The position numbers were made by a program, and so were the translations under genes. A DNA stretch of 64,000 nt from Salisapilia sapeloensis CBS 127946 (Eukaryota; Protista; Oomycota), in NCBI GenBank assembly GCA_023334545.1, contig JAADVB010000058.1, forward strand, positions 1 through 64,000, read 5' to 3'. Positions 22,247 to 32,530 of this stretch are shown here, one piece after another (position 1 is the stretch's first letter; every line of letters starts with the position of its first letter). The notes under the pieces were generated by a model. That model was not told the DNA's origin, ran no database searches, and saw nothing but the letters and a program-made list of their open reading frames with translations.

Positions 22247-23134
22247 TTACATTGCAGAGTGCGCCACAACTGGGTTTACGAGCTTTCCAATGCCTTCAAT
22301 CTCAATTTCCACGACATCACCCGGAGCCAGATACACTGGCGGGTCTCTCGTGAAGCCAACTCCCTCCGGCGTGCCCGTTAGAATCAATGTTCCCTTCGGC
22401 AGAGTGCAGTCTTGCGACAGCTCTGAAATTAATCGAGCGACAGAAAAGATCATGTCGGCCGTGCTCGACTGCTGCATCGTCTTTCCATTCAAGTATGTTG
22501 CAATTTTCAGGTCCTGCGGGTCTTTCAGTGCTTCCGGAGTGACCAGTTCGGGTCCAAGAGGACAAAACGTATCGAATCCCTTCGATCGGCTCCATTGCCC
22601 CCCACCTTTCTTACCCTGCCAGCGTCGAGCCGACACGTCATTCGCACACGAGTAACCGCCGACGTACGACAACGCATCCTCAATCGAGACATTTTTGCAT
22701 GCTTTGTTCAGAACCACCGCCAATTCGCATTCGTAATCAACTTCAGGAGGATCCATGGCAATACGAGGGATGACGATCGGATCATTTGGGTGCTGGATTG
22801 CGTGTGGACCTTTGGTGAATAGCACTGGATAGGCAGGTTCCGGCATATTCGTTTCCTTTGCATGCTTCCGGTAGTTGAGACCGATGCACAAAATTTGGGA
22901 AGGAACGATGGGGGCAAGTAGCTTTTTAATCGTAGCCTGGCGACCAGTGTACAGGCGGGTACCGAGCGGATCATTTTCTTCCACGAGATTCACAGTCGCA
23001 CTCGACGCTTCCACACGTTCTCCGCATTGCACGACGCCACGTTCATCCTGGAATCGCACGAGTCTCGTCGCTCGAGCCGGACGCGCTGAAGATGACATGT
23101 TCATGGAGCGGATACTTCGACCAAATAAAGTCAT
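22247..23134 (-). CDS. Fumarylacetoacetate hydrolase family protein (FAHD2-like)
   Basis: ILCIGLNYRKHAKE, VDYECELAVV, NDVSARRWQ, KGFDTFCPLGP, ILTGTPEGVG. Confidence 0.92.
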   Translation of the reverse strand: MTLFGRSIRSMNMSSSARPARATRLVRFQDERGVVQCGERVEASSATVNLVEENDPLGTRLYTGRQATIKKLLAPIVPSQILCIGLNYRKHAKETNMPEPAYPVLFTKGPHAIQHPNDPIVIPRIAMDPPEVDYECELAVVLNKACKNVSIEDALSYVGGYSCANDVSARRWQGKKGGGQWSRSKGFDTFCPLGPELVTPEALKDPQDLKIATYLNGKTMQQSSTADMIFSVARLISELSQDCTLPKGTLILTGTPEGVGFTRDPPVYLAPGDVVEIEIEGIGKLVNPVVAHSAM

Positions 23135-23364
23135 AGCCACACGTTCGCTCTCGTCCAGATGTTGAATTTGTCTCGTAATGATCGTTACCTTCGCCCTCTT
23201 TTATCTATTAAAAAGTGGGACAATAAGCAAAAACCCGATGCGTCACGAGTAGAGTCGATATAGCTTACGCATACAAAGACCAAGATGTGCAGGATAGCTC
23301 GAGTCGGCAACGTTAAAGACAGCAAAGTCGAAGTCAAAACCGAAAAGAAGAGAAGGGAGAGACC

Positions 23365-23913
23365 ATGGCGAACAAGCACGCGCAGCATCTCGCGGACTCG
23401 ATCCTGTCGCTCTACGACGTTGCCGTCGATAGTGACGAGACCATTGCACGCCACTACCTGCCGGAAGCTGTGTTCACAGACCCGGTGGTGGCTGTCCGAG
23501 GTGTTGAAAACATCCAAGCTCAGTTTCGAGCTCTTAGCAAGTTCGTGCGCAGTTCTAAAGCAACGCTGGTGCGAGGCAGCATGGCTGGGTCGTCTGTGCT
23601 CACAATCGACAGTAGCGTCGTGTTCCGCTTAAAGCCATTTCCAAGTCTACTCAAAATTCAACTGCGCATGTTTAGCGTCTTGGAGCTGCGAGGGGGTAAA
23701 ATTGCGTCGCACACGGACCACTTTGACTTTTACTCGGTCCTGAATAACATTCCGGTCGTGTCCTACTTGTACGCACAATTCCGACCAATGTTTGGTGCCG
23801 CGAGCTCTGCAGTGATTAAACGCCTCGTGCCATCTTCTACGTCGACAAAGTATTTGACGGAAGAAGCCGAGTCGAATGGCAATGGCGTGCAGCAAGCGAC
23901 AGCGACTAGCTAA
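23365..23913 (+). CDS. SnoaL/NTF2-like fold protein
   Basis: YLPEAVFTDPVVAVRGVENIQAQF...GKIASHTDHFD. Confidence 0.7.
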   Translation: MANKHAQHLADSILSLYDVAVDSDETIARHYLPEAVFTDPVVAVRGVENIQAQFRALSKFVRSSKATLVRGSMAGSSVLTIDSSVVFRLKPFPSLLKIQLRMFSVLELRGGKIASHTDHFDFYSVLNNIPVVSYLYAQFRPMFGAASSAVIKRLVPSSTSTKYLTEEAESNGNGVQQATATS

Positions 23914-24015
23914 GAAAAGAACAAGTGGTGGATTTTGTTATGACTGCAAGTAACAGCAAAATGAAAGAAAAAGAAAACAGTTTTTATTTTCAAAATGAAG
24001 TGTCTACCACGATCA

Positions 24016-25173
24016 TTACGGTAAGCCTAGTCCTGCGAACGGATCTCGTCCGTTCATCGGTCGACTAGGTTTGCTAGCAGCTTTTGACTGATGCATGGTA
24101 TTCGAGGATTCTTTCATGCCATTCGGATCCAATAGGCTACTAATTGTCTGTCCGGCATTCGCTTGTTGCATCTGCTGTTGATACGATGCGTACGAATGCA
24201 CTGGCTGGTGGGACATGTTACTTTGCATGCCATTGCCGTTCCAGCTCGAGTGGCTGTTCGTGTGGGACGGCTGAGATGGAGCCGGAGCTGGAGGTGTCTG
24301 GTGTACCGCATCAAAGGCACTAAAGTCAGGTCGGAACGATCCGTTCTGGCTGCTATTGCTACCGACCGACTGGGTAGGACTAACCTGCGGGGCAGAAGCA
24401 AATGGATCGAACGACATACTTGAGCTCATGTGTGAACGGCTAGTGGAAACAGAGGACTGCGATCCAGGAGAGCTGACCACTGATGTCGCAGCTGCAGAAC
24501 TCAATCCGAACGGATCAAAGGACGAGTGGTTTGCTGTCGAGGAAGAGGATGCGACGGATGGTGTCCGGTGGGTGCTTCCGGAAGCTGTGAAATCTCCCCA
24601 TATGTCGTCTCCATTGGAGGAAGAGGCTGTGACGGCCTGGGTAGACCACATCGACGCATTGGACGAGGAAGAGACGGAAAATGCATCGAAGGAAGTGGCA
24701 TTGGATACGTTGGAGGCTCCGTCGTCATTGAAATCCAGTAAGTTGATGCTTGGTGTGGGTGCTGGGGCCGCTGCTGACTCTGTTTCCTCCTGTTCTTCTG
24801 CATAGAATGCCTTTTGGTTGTACACGACGTTAACAAAGTGCTTATAGTACTCGAGTGGGTCATCCGGCGTTGGCTTGTGCAATTGCGATTCGTCCCACTT
24901 AGCCAACCAACGACGTCGGCAAGCAGCATTGCCACCACCATTCTCGTCTTTGAGCGCAAGCACTTCATTGAGCTCCCAATTGCTCATCGTAACGCTTTTC
25001 ACGCGAAACGAAAAGGACTGATGGGCACTTTTGCACATGCTACAGACAAATGCTTTCGTACGCTCGACGATATTCTGATGGCCAAACTTGCTCTCCGCGT
25101 CACAGTTGGCGCAAGCCTTATTGGATGGCAAGCGCCGTAGAGCATTCAGCTGCGTCTCTGCGGACGTCGCCAT
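24016..25173 (-). CDS. ArfGAP-domain protein with low-complexity Ser/Pro/Gln tail
   Basis: CANC-x17-CSMC zinc finger, RVKSVTMSNW, GGGN..W; DPF motifs in the tail. Confidence 0.85.
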   Translation of the reverse strand: MATSAETQLNALRRLPSNKACANCDAESKFGHQNIVERTKAFVCSMCKSAHQSFSFRVKSVTMSNWELNEVLALKDENGGGNAACRRRWLAKWDESQLHKPTPDDPLEYYKHFVNVVYNQKAFYAEEQEETESAAAPAPTPSINLLDFNDDGASNVSNATSFDAFSVSSSSNASMWSTQAVTASSSNGDDIWGDFTASGSTHRTPSVASSSSTANHSSFDPFGLSSAAATSVVSSPGSQSSVSTSRSHMSSSMSFDPFASAPQVSPTQSVGSNSSQNGSFRPDFSAFDAVHQTPPAPAPSQPSHTNSHSSWNGNGMQSNMSHQPVHSYASYQQQMQQANAGQTISSLLDPNGMKESSNTMHQSKAASKPSRPMNGRDPFAGLGLP

Positions 25174-25901
25174 GGAGGGAGTAGATAAGAGTCAGCGGAT
25201 AAAATCCGTTTGAGTTATTTTGGGTGTCTGTCTCGGTTTAGTGGAAGCAATAATGGTTGTAATTTTATGAATTTGTGGTACGACTGCGGTACATGGAAAC
25301 GTCGGACTGAAGGCTTCCGTATCCAGTGTCACTCCATCGAGTACCCTTCTCACGATGGTCATTGACAGTACGTGGAGGCGTGGAGCTGACGTACGTAACG
25401 ATATTGTGGTTATTAATGTAAAAGATAGTTCGTTGGATTTCTTTTGAAGCGTCTAAGTAGGGATAAATGGAATGGTTATCATGTTATGCCGAGCTGCAAC
25501 CGGATTATATAATTACCAAATACGGTGTGACAGCAGAAATGTACTACCAAAATGCAGTTAGGACAAAAAGGAGTCATGGTAGAATAATTAATGTGCTATT
25601 CATCGGATGCTATATGAACATGGCCTTGTATGACCCTTGATCGAATACCGCCGTGGTCAAGTAGAATCCGAAAGCGCTATCGTGGTAGTAACTTTGTTCA
25701 CACATAGAGATCATATTCTTATGCTGAAGTTGAGCTTTCAACATCCCTCGTGTGAGCTCCCGCAGCAGCAGCAACCAATAAAAAAATTAAGCTGACAGAA
25801 CGGGTGTCGCCCGAGGTAAGCGTCTGATTTCTTATATCGATTGTTGCTCTGTTCATCACAAGCCGATTGACTTCCTGCTGGTTGATTACATAATAAAAAA
25901 C

Positions 25902-26450
25902 ATGGTTTATCTCCTCTACTTTTCTATGCTACTTTGGTAACTCTTGCTTATCCATGTTCACGGTCAGAAGTCCACCACTCCAGCATTTCCCGAACATCGT
26001 CTCCGTAATAGTATCGCGTTGCAAAAGGTCGAGCTTACCATGCTATATTATATAACCGGCCTTTGAGGAATATGCTTAAGTAGCTGTTTATGTGGTAACT
26101 CTGAGCTACAAGCGCTAATCGCTATACATGCCGAAGATATAGCTATAAATACTAAGAAGACACAAACTAAAGGATCGGATGGAAGTATCGCTCGAGAGCG
26201 TATAATGAAGTCGGGTTGTAGTTACACTGTCTACCCGGAAATAGATATCCGAACATCTATCGTGGATAGAAATAAGTTGAAGGAAGATTGAGAGCAACGT
26301 AACCGGCAGATAGCTTTCCAAAGCACCAAATACAACTATGAAAAAGATCTTCTCGTCGACAAATGGAAATATGTCGACATAGCTATGGCATATGATGAAA
26401 TCAATCAATTCCGGACGATATTCTTAGCTCCAGGCAACGGGAATAAACTC
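25902..26450 (+). pseudogene. CAP/SCP pseudogene, paralog of 91..681
   Basis: A single frame from ATG 25902 reads MVYLLYFSMLLW*LLLIHVHG...ITGL*GICLSSCLCGNSELQALIAIHAEDIA..KGSDGSIARERIMKS...KED*EQRNRQIAF...KYVDIAMAYDEINQFRTIFLAPGNGNK. It is colinear with 91..681 and has three in-frame stops. The 3' end is approximate. Confidence 0.85.
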
Positions 26451-27631
26451 TACTTAAAAGCATTCATAACAGTATTGTGGTTGAGACAATTAAAACGAAA
26501 ACTTTGTCTGTGCATCCGTTTGTCTATGGTCTATACAGTTCGAAATTGTATCCTTATCCACTATAATTATTCTTTCACATTTTCTAGTGAGCTCCATCTT
26601 AACATGGATTTAGTTGCATCATTGAGTTCCTGGATGGAAGGAACTAAGTATTCAATTAGGTCCAGCAATTGATTCATACCACACTACTGTAGACTGTATA
26701 CCTTGTACTCGTTTTAATCGCCCAACCATGTTTTCGTGTAAATCATAGAGACTAATTACTTTTATTACCATGCATCATCATCGGTACCGGTACTGTGGTG
26801 TAGATTATACGAAAAAGTCCTTCGACTATCGATTAGCGAAGAAACCCACCATTCATTCCTCTTTTCTTTTCCTTTCCTTCTTTCGCACTCATTCGACCGA
26901 ATTGTGGATATCTTGAGCTGCCTGGTGATTGATCATTTGTCTCAGTGACGATTCGAAAGAGGAAGTCAAAGTGTGTCTTTATAGGATGGTATTTACAATA
27001 GCTGTCACGAAGGATTACGTCGATCATGAAAATAAATATCGTGAAATTAGAAGTTTCACAAAAGTAGAAGCTTTAAACACAAACGAAGTAGTAGAAGCTG
27101 GTGACGTCTATGGACATGCGTGTGGTTTCTGCAGCTACACCTAAAAGCGACTGCAAGAGTTTGAAAGTGAGGTTATTGTGAAGTTCGAAAAGAGATCTAC
27201 AAGAAGGGTGGAACGTGCGTGGAAGCCATGAGTCTGATAAGCTGTATGTCAAAACGTCGGTAGAAACTTGCACTCTAAAAGTTTGTTATGTGTTGCAGAC
27301 CCTTTCGAATGTGAAGGTGCTATGATCCGAGCGAATTTCTTTGATCCTTAAAGATCAAGCCGTAGCCAACGGGAACTCAGAATACTGTTAAAAGGTTTCT
27401 ATAGGATAGTAGGGAATGTCGCGCTCTATCATTGAGAGATTTTCAACCACTCGCGTCTTTGTGCTTTCCTGTAGTAAGTTCGCATACGAAATCTCTTTGA
27501 TGTAATTCTATGTGAATCATGACCGCATATGACCCAGAATCGAATATATGCCATTGCTGAATATAACCTAATATGGAATCGACTCTAGAGACCACTCCAA
27601 GTCATTTTCATATTTATTCTCAAGTCCCATA

Positions 27632-28239
27632 ATGATGCGCACGACTGCCTTTGATGTAGCGTTGATAATCGCGATTTCTCCACGCTCAGTTTCACCGCAC
27701 TCTATGCGCGGCATGGAGGCCAAGTGTGATCCTAACATGGTTTGTCCGGAGGAAGTTGAGCCAAAGTGCGCATATTACGGTCAGATCTACTACAACGATT
27801 GCTTCAATGAGCGTGACAATTGTGGTCAATTTGAGATCAATCCTGTTGTTGAGAAAGATGTCTGCGATTCTTTAACTTTTAAAGTTTCGACGCCGGAATG
27901 CAATAAAGATAACAAATGTGAGGATGTTCACAGACCTGTATGTGGATCAGACTTTAAAACGTACGATAACGCGTGCCTCTTCTGAAAACCAAACTGTGAA
28001 GCCAACATGAAGATGAAAGCTGATTCGCATGGGGTTGTAATTCAGAAGGCAGTGGAGATGATGGTGCAGGCTCATTTGCGAACAACTCTACTGCTGAAGG
28101 CGTTGATGTTGGTGATAATGATCCCTCGGATTTTTCAGATGTCGAATCAAACGACAACGGAAAAGCGATGGGCAAAGATGAAGGCGATGAGAATTGCTTG
28201 GGAAACAGTACTGACGATATGAGTTACTCTAGAGATTAG
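27632..28239 (+). pseudogene. Two-domain Kazal inhibitor pseudogene
   Basis: Kazal units CPEEVEPKC..YYNDC and CEDVHRPVCGSDFKTYDNACLF*; in-frame TGA at 27983-27985 inside domain 2 and a frameshift near 28030 before an acidic tail. Confidence 0.75.
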
Positions 28240-29104
28240 AACATACCCAATTGGTTTGATCCTACTCGTCTGGACGATTGGCACTTGAGAGGCAACGGAC
28301 CATATTTTAGTGATAGTCGATCGGACGAGAGTAAAGGGCATGTTCATGCCAGCGATCTAAGTAATTCGGGAAAAGATGGCCTTGATGTTGGTGAAAACGA
28401 TCGGGGCGACTAGATGGAAGTTAGTACGGTAGCCATCTTAATTTGGACGCATCATTAAAAACCAAGTTTTATTATAATCCAAATGAAAAAAGATGGATGA
28501 AGCATACTAGAACCGGTCAACAAATAGCTACTTGCACTACCTTGAACTCATGACATCTTTGATCTAGTAATCTAGCTTTCGCCATTCTGCGCCCTTTCAT
28601 GTATAGGAATTTCATTTTTAACCAGGCATCATTTACTTGATCTACAATACAATTTAATGAACAGGCCATCATAGCGATATGTCGATATTTTAAATGTCAA
28701 AATGCAAATTATTTATTTGTTAAGTGTTTCGAACACTTATATTTTAGCGGTAATATATACTTTTACTTTTTAATATGAAGAGAAAGAAGCTTAAATATAA
28801 GTCATCTCGAAGTCAAGACTCTTTCGATACGTGGCAATTATTCTGTTAGATTTATGGGAAATCTCTTCATATCAGCGCCTTCATCGTGGTCATCCGGTCA
28901 CTGACACGTATACAGCTCATCATTCGACAGATGGTCGTCGTCCTTCCACGACAGCCAAGATAACTGTGATGTGCATTTAATTCGCTTCGTAAGTCCAGGT
29001 GGCATTATCCTATCTTGGATAGAATGTAATTGGAGCCAAGTGTGACTGCGTGGTCAGTACAGAATTTCCTTCACTGAGCACAACAAGCACAAGTTTCAAG
29101 AAAT

Positions 29105-30781
29105 ATGCTCCACCCTACTGTCCTTGTCATCTCGACTTTGGCTCTGCTGTCCTCGACACCTACTGTCGCAAACAACATGAGACGAGCACAGGATTGTCCT
29201 GACACGCCATGCTCTGATAAAGACGACCCCGTGTGTGCATCTAATCATCAGACATTTCGAAATGAGTGTGAATTTAACAAGAGAGCCTGCATCGAGTCGA
29301 CTAAGATGACTATCATCTTCAATGGTTCTTGTGATAATGCTTTACAAAATGAAGATGAAGCTAGTCCTTCTCGCCGTCAACTTACTGGCTTTGGCTTTAG
29401 CTTAAATGATGCTGTCAATGATGTAGTGTCAACTATTGGCACTAGTGATGATAACGAGGAGGATGCCACTGGTATTAACGGTCTCATCAGTGACAGATTT
29501 CCGATTAGTAAGACAGTTGAGAACGATCTATTGTCGACTATCAGCAGTTTTGGTGATTCTAAGGAGGAGGATTCCACTGGTATCAATGGTCTCGTGAGTG
29601 ATGTATGGCCACAAGGTGGCGAGATTTCCAAAAGTGCATGGTCACTGTTGGACGGTAGCGGCACTAACCACCTGGATGACAGTGGAAATAATGATATGAG
29701 CAGTGACAGTCGAACAGCTCTTGACAGCGTTATCAAGGACATACTACCACTATATGACAGCAATGTCGATAGTGTGCTGGATGGCAGTAATAGCGACGGT
29801 TCGAGCAGCAGTCTACGGGCGAAACGCGATGATATTATGATAAGCCTAGTGTCGCAATACGACAGCAGTGGCAGTAGCTTGCAGGATGGGATTAGCAATG
29901 GTAACTCCGCCGATGATAAATGGGCGAAGGTTGCCGATATTGCCAAAACCTTATTGCAACCGTATGACAGTAGTGGTGATAGCTCGCTGGATAGCAGTGG
30001 TATTAATGACTCTGAAACTGACTTGCGGGCGAGATTAGGCGATACTATCAAAAGTTTAGTGGCAGCAAATGACAACAGTGGCAGTGACGATGTCTTCGTC
30101 AATGGAAAATCAACTGGTGTCAACATTGGCAAAGTGGTGTCATCAATGCTTAGCAGCAGTGGCAGTAACTGGCAGGAAGGTTTTGCTGACCTTCTTTGCG
30201 AGCTGCATGGAGGCTGCAGTGAAGATTCCAAGGATTTAAAGACGTCATGTGATAATCTTAAAGCTTGCAAGACAGAGCACAACCCAGTGTGTGGAAGCGA
30301 TTTGGTTACGTATTCAAACAAGTGTGAACTTGAAGTTGCCCGCTGCGAAAAGAAAGCAGACCTGAAGATACTTAAATCTGAAGCGTGTGATTCGACTTAT
30401 GCAAATGGCGCGTCCAGCTCAAGTGGAGGAAGCGCAATGAGGGATGGCGCCATCTTTGGCAGCGATCTATCGGGCAACTCGAACTACGATGGAGTTACTG
30501 TTGGGGATGATGACTCTGAAAGCAATTTCTCGGACATACCGATCCTCGGCGAGGTTACTGTTGGAGATGTTACGTCTGAAAGTGATTCGTCGGACATACA
30601 AAGTTACGGTGAAGTTTATGCTGGAGATGATACAAATGAAAGTGATGCGCATGAGCTTGAGTACGAAGTTACTACTGGAGATGAAAAGTCAGAAAGTGAT
30701 ACATCGGACGTATCAAGCCTCGGTATACCCGATGAAGTATATCTCGTGAACAACAGCGATAAGATCGGCACCTCTGACTAA
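29105..30781 (+). CDS. Secreted two-Kazal protein with long Ser/Asp/Gly repeat spacer and acidic tail
   Basis: Signal peptide; CSDKDDPVCASNHQTFRNEC and CKTEHNPVCGSDLVTYSNKC. Confidence 0.88.
   Translation: MLHPTVLVISTLALLSSTPTVANNMRRAQDCPDTPCSDKDDPVCASNHQTFRNECEFNKRACIESTKMTIIFNGSCDNALQNEDEASPSRRQLTGFGFSLNDAVNDVVSTIGTSDDNEEDATGINGLISDRFPISKTVENDLLSTISSFGDSKEEDSTGINGLVSDVWPQGGEISKSAWSLLDGSGTNHLDDSGNNDMSSDSRTALDSVIKDILPLYDSNVDSVLDGSNSDGSSSSLRAKRDDIMISLVSQYDSSGSSLQDGISNGNSADDKWAKVADIAKTLLQPYDSSGDSSLDSSGINDSETDLRARLGDTIKSLVAANDNSGSDDVFVNGKSTGVNIGKVVSSMLSSSGSNWQEGFADLLCELHGGCSEDSKDLKTSCDNLKACKTEHNPVCGSDLVTYSNKCELEVARCEKKADLKILKSEACDSTYANGASSSSGGSAMRDGAIFGSDLSGNSNYDGVTVGDDDSESNFSDIPILGEVTVGDVTSESDSSDIQSYGEVYAGDDTNESDAHELEYEVTTGDEKSESDTSDVSSLGIPDEVYLVNNSDKIGTSD
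30491..30724 (+). repeat. About 60-bp coding tandem repeat x4 (GEVTVGDxxSESDxSD-type)
   Basis: Units start at 30491, 30551, 30611 and 30665 with shared gttactg-ttggagatg..tctgaaagtgat cores. Confidence 0.8.
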
Positions 30782-31123
30782 AAACTACATAATCATGTTT
30801 TGCGAAACGAATTGAGGCTGAGCTTGTTAAAATGATGGGAAGAGATAATCAAAAGAGTGTGGTTTTGAAATCGATAGTTGTGGTAATGATATGGATATGC
30901 AGTCTACTAGTAACAGAAATAAAAGCATGTTCACAAACAAAAGCTAGTGTCAGTGTTGTCTGTATACCTGTACTCAATGCTTAAAGTAACAGCTCGAATG
31001 TACTAACTTATGTGTGATATTACTAGCCACTTTGTGGTGCTGCTAGCAGCCAAGATTTATATTGTTTATTTTTCGTTTTCGATGCCTAGCCTTCATCCGT
31101 TTCAGTACTTTGTCAGATCTGAG

Positions 31124-32530
31124 CTAATCTCGTTGTGTCGTTTCGGACAGCCTCATATCATCCATCCTAAATATCTCTTCCACTGGACTAATAGCGATCT
31201 GGTATCCGTGCTCGCCAGAGCTATAGGAAGGAGTGGACAAATTGGAAATGTAGCTTAAAGGCGACATGGAGATAGAGGAAGGAGGCCGAGGATGAAAATC
31301 ATATGACTCTCCTGGGCAACTACTCATGTTCGACCATAATGAAGTAGACGAATCCACATCCTCAGCTCGTTCGCGATCAATCAAAGTCGTGCCTCGGTCT
31401 GTGTTTTCATATCTACCAGCGAGTACTTCTTGACGAGCAATGAGGTAAGCACTTGTCGTCTTTACTCTGTGGTCGCAAGCAGAGCAGATAGCCACCTTCA
31501 TTCGTCTCAAACGTAGCTTGGGAAGGACGTCTACTTTTTCAAACGACTTGTTACAAGATCGACACATTTGTGATCGGCACATACGACAGTCGAGAGTCTT
31601 ATGCATTGGATTAAATCGCCTAGTACCATTCTGGCATCCATGTGCATGCTTCTGCATCTCCGAGTCCGTCGATTCGCTACGATGTAGTCGACGGATGTCA
31701 CTCCGGTAGAGTAGCCATGTAAGCTTCTTTTGATTCGCAATGTCAACAGCGGTGGTACTGGCTAAGTAAGAATCTGCCATTGCACCGACAGCGATACTGT
31801 CGAGGACTTTGCCGAAAAGCTCATAATATCCCTTCGTGTATACCTCCACAGCATTTGGACGAATTTGTTTAAATAGTGCGCACTGAGATAGTTGGCAACG
31901 GATAGCACCGACTGATTTAAGTGGTGGAACCGATGGATGATCGATTCCGTGTGTCAGGCTGTAACCAATCCTTTCACCATCTTCTCGCTCAAGAACCCCC
32001 GTCGCACGAATGGAAACACTATCCCGGTGCTTAATTATCCCGTTTAGCCCTTTTGGAAACCCTGACAAAGCCCACTCAATACGCAACGACCGAAATGGAT
32101 GATCAGGTGAAGGCATTTCAATAGTGTTAAGTGTTTGCCCATCCTGCGTTCTCACTTTTGCAAATGCTAACGCTTGCATGTGTGCAGCTTCATCCGGACT
32201 GGCTGTACCGTACATTACATCTTCCAGGGTACCATCGACTGTTCCGTTGCCAATTAGGCATACTGGTAATTGCGATTTGCTTTCACGCGCATTGTGGTGT
32301 TCCGTGTACTTGGGCTTTGTCCGACGTTCGCGATAGATCGTCATATTTCCTCGCTTCTTGATAGGTTTCCACTTGTCATCATCCAATATGCGAGGAACTC
32401 TTTGGTCAAAAGCATCGTACTCGACGAGTGCCTCGTAAATGAGCACCATGGTAATGTGCTTGAAGTCGGCCTTTGCTCGTTCATCAAGATCAAGGGGAGG
32501 ATATGTATTCGCGTCCCATTGTTCCTGCAT
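31124..32530 (-). CDS. Oomycete START-like + FYVE-type zinc finger protein
   Basis: KWKPIKKRGNMTIYRER, GTVDGTLEDVMYG, GERIGYSLTHGI; CRMCRSQMCRSC..ICSAC. Probable start MQEQW at 32530; the ORF is open to 32647. Confidence 0.75.
   Translation of the reverse strand: MQEQWDANTYPPLDLDERAKADFKHITMVLIYEALVEYDAFDQRVPRILDDDKWKPIKKRGNMTIYRERRTKPKYTEHHNARESKSQLPVCLIGNGTVDGTLEDVMYGTASPDEAAHMQALAFAKVRTQDGQTLNTIEMPSPDHPFRSLRIEWALSGFPKGLNGIIKHRDSVSIRATGVLEREDGERIGYSLTHGIDHPSVPPLKSVGAIRCQLSQCALFKQIRPNAVEVYTKGYYELFGKVLDSIAVGAMADSYLASTTAVDIANQKKLTWLLYRSDIRRLHRSESTDSEMQKHAHGCQNGTRRFNPMHKTLDCRMCRSQMCRSCNKSFEKVDVLPKLRLRRMKVAICSACDHRVKTTSAYLIARQEVLAGRYENTDRGTTLIDRERAEDVDSSTSLWSNMSSCPGESYDFHPRPPSSISMSPLSYISNLSTPSYSSGEHGYQIAISPVEEIFRMDDMRLSETTQRD

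Noticed and set aside
27983-27985. In-frame TGA in a Kazal domain as selenocysteine or readthrough
   Set aside because: The codon is not at a Cys position and a separate frameshift follows, so pseudogenisation is simpler.
25902-28239. RIP-like C-to-T hypermutation suggested by CAA>TAA and CGA>TGA stops
   Set aside because: Most nonsense mutations arise by such transitions anyway, and too few sites are available to show a bias.
29377-30321. 314-aa antisense ORF opposite the large Kazal gene, and other antisense ORFs over CFAP45, the kinase and VMA1
   Set aside because: Shadow ORFs explained by biased codon use of the sense gene; no domain features.
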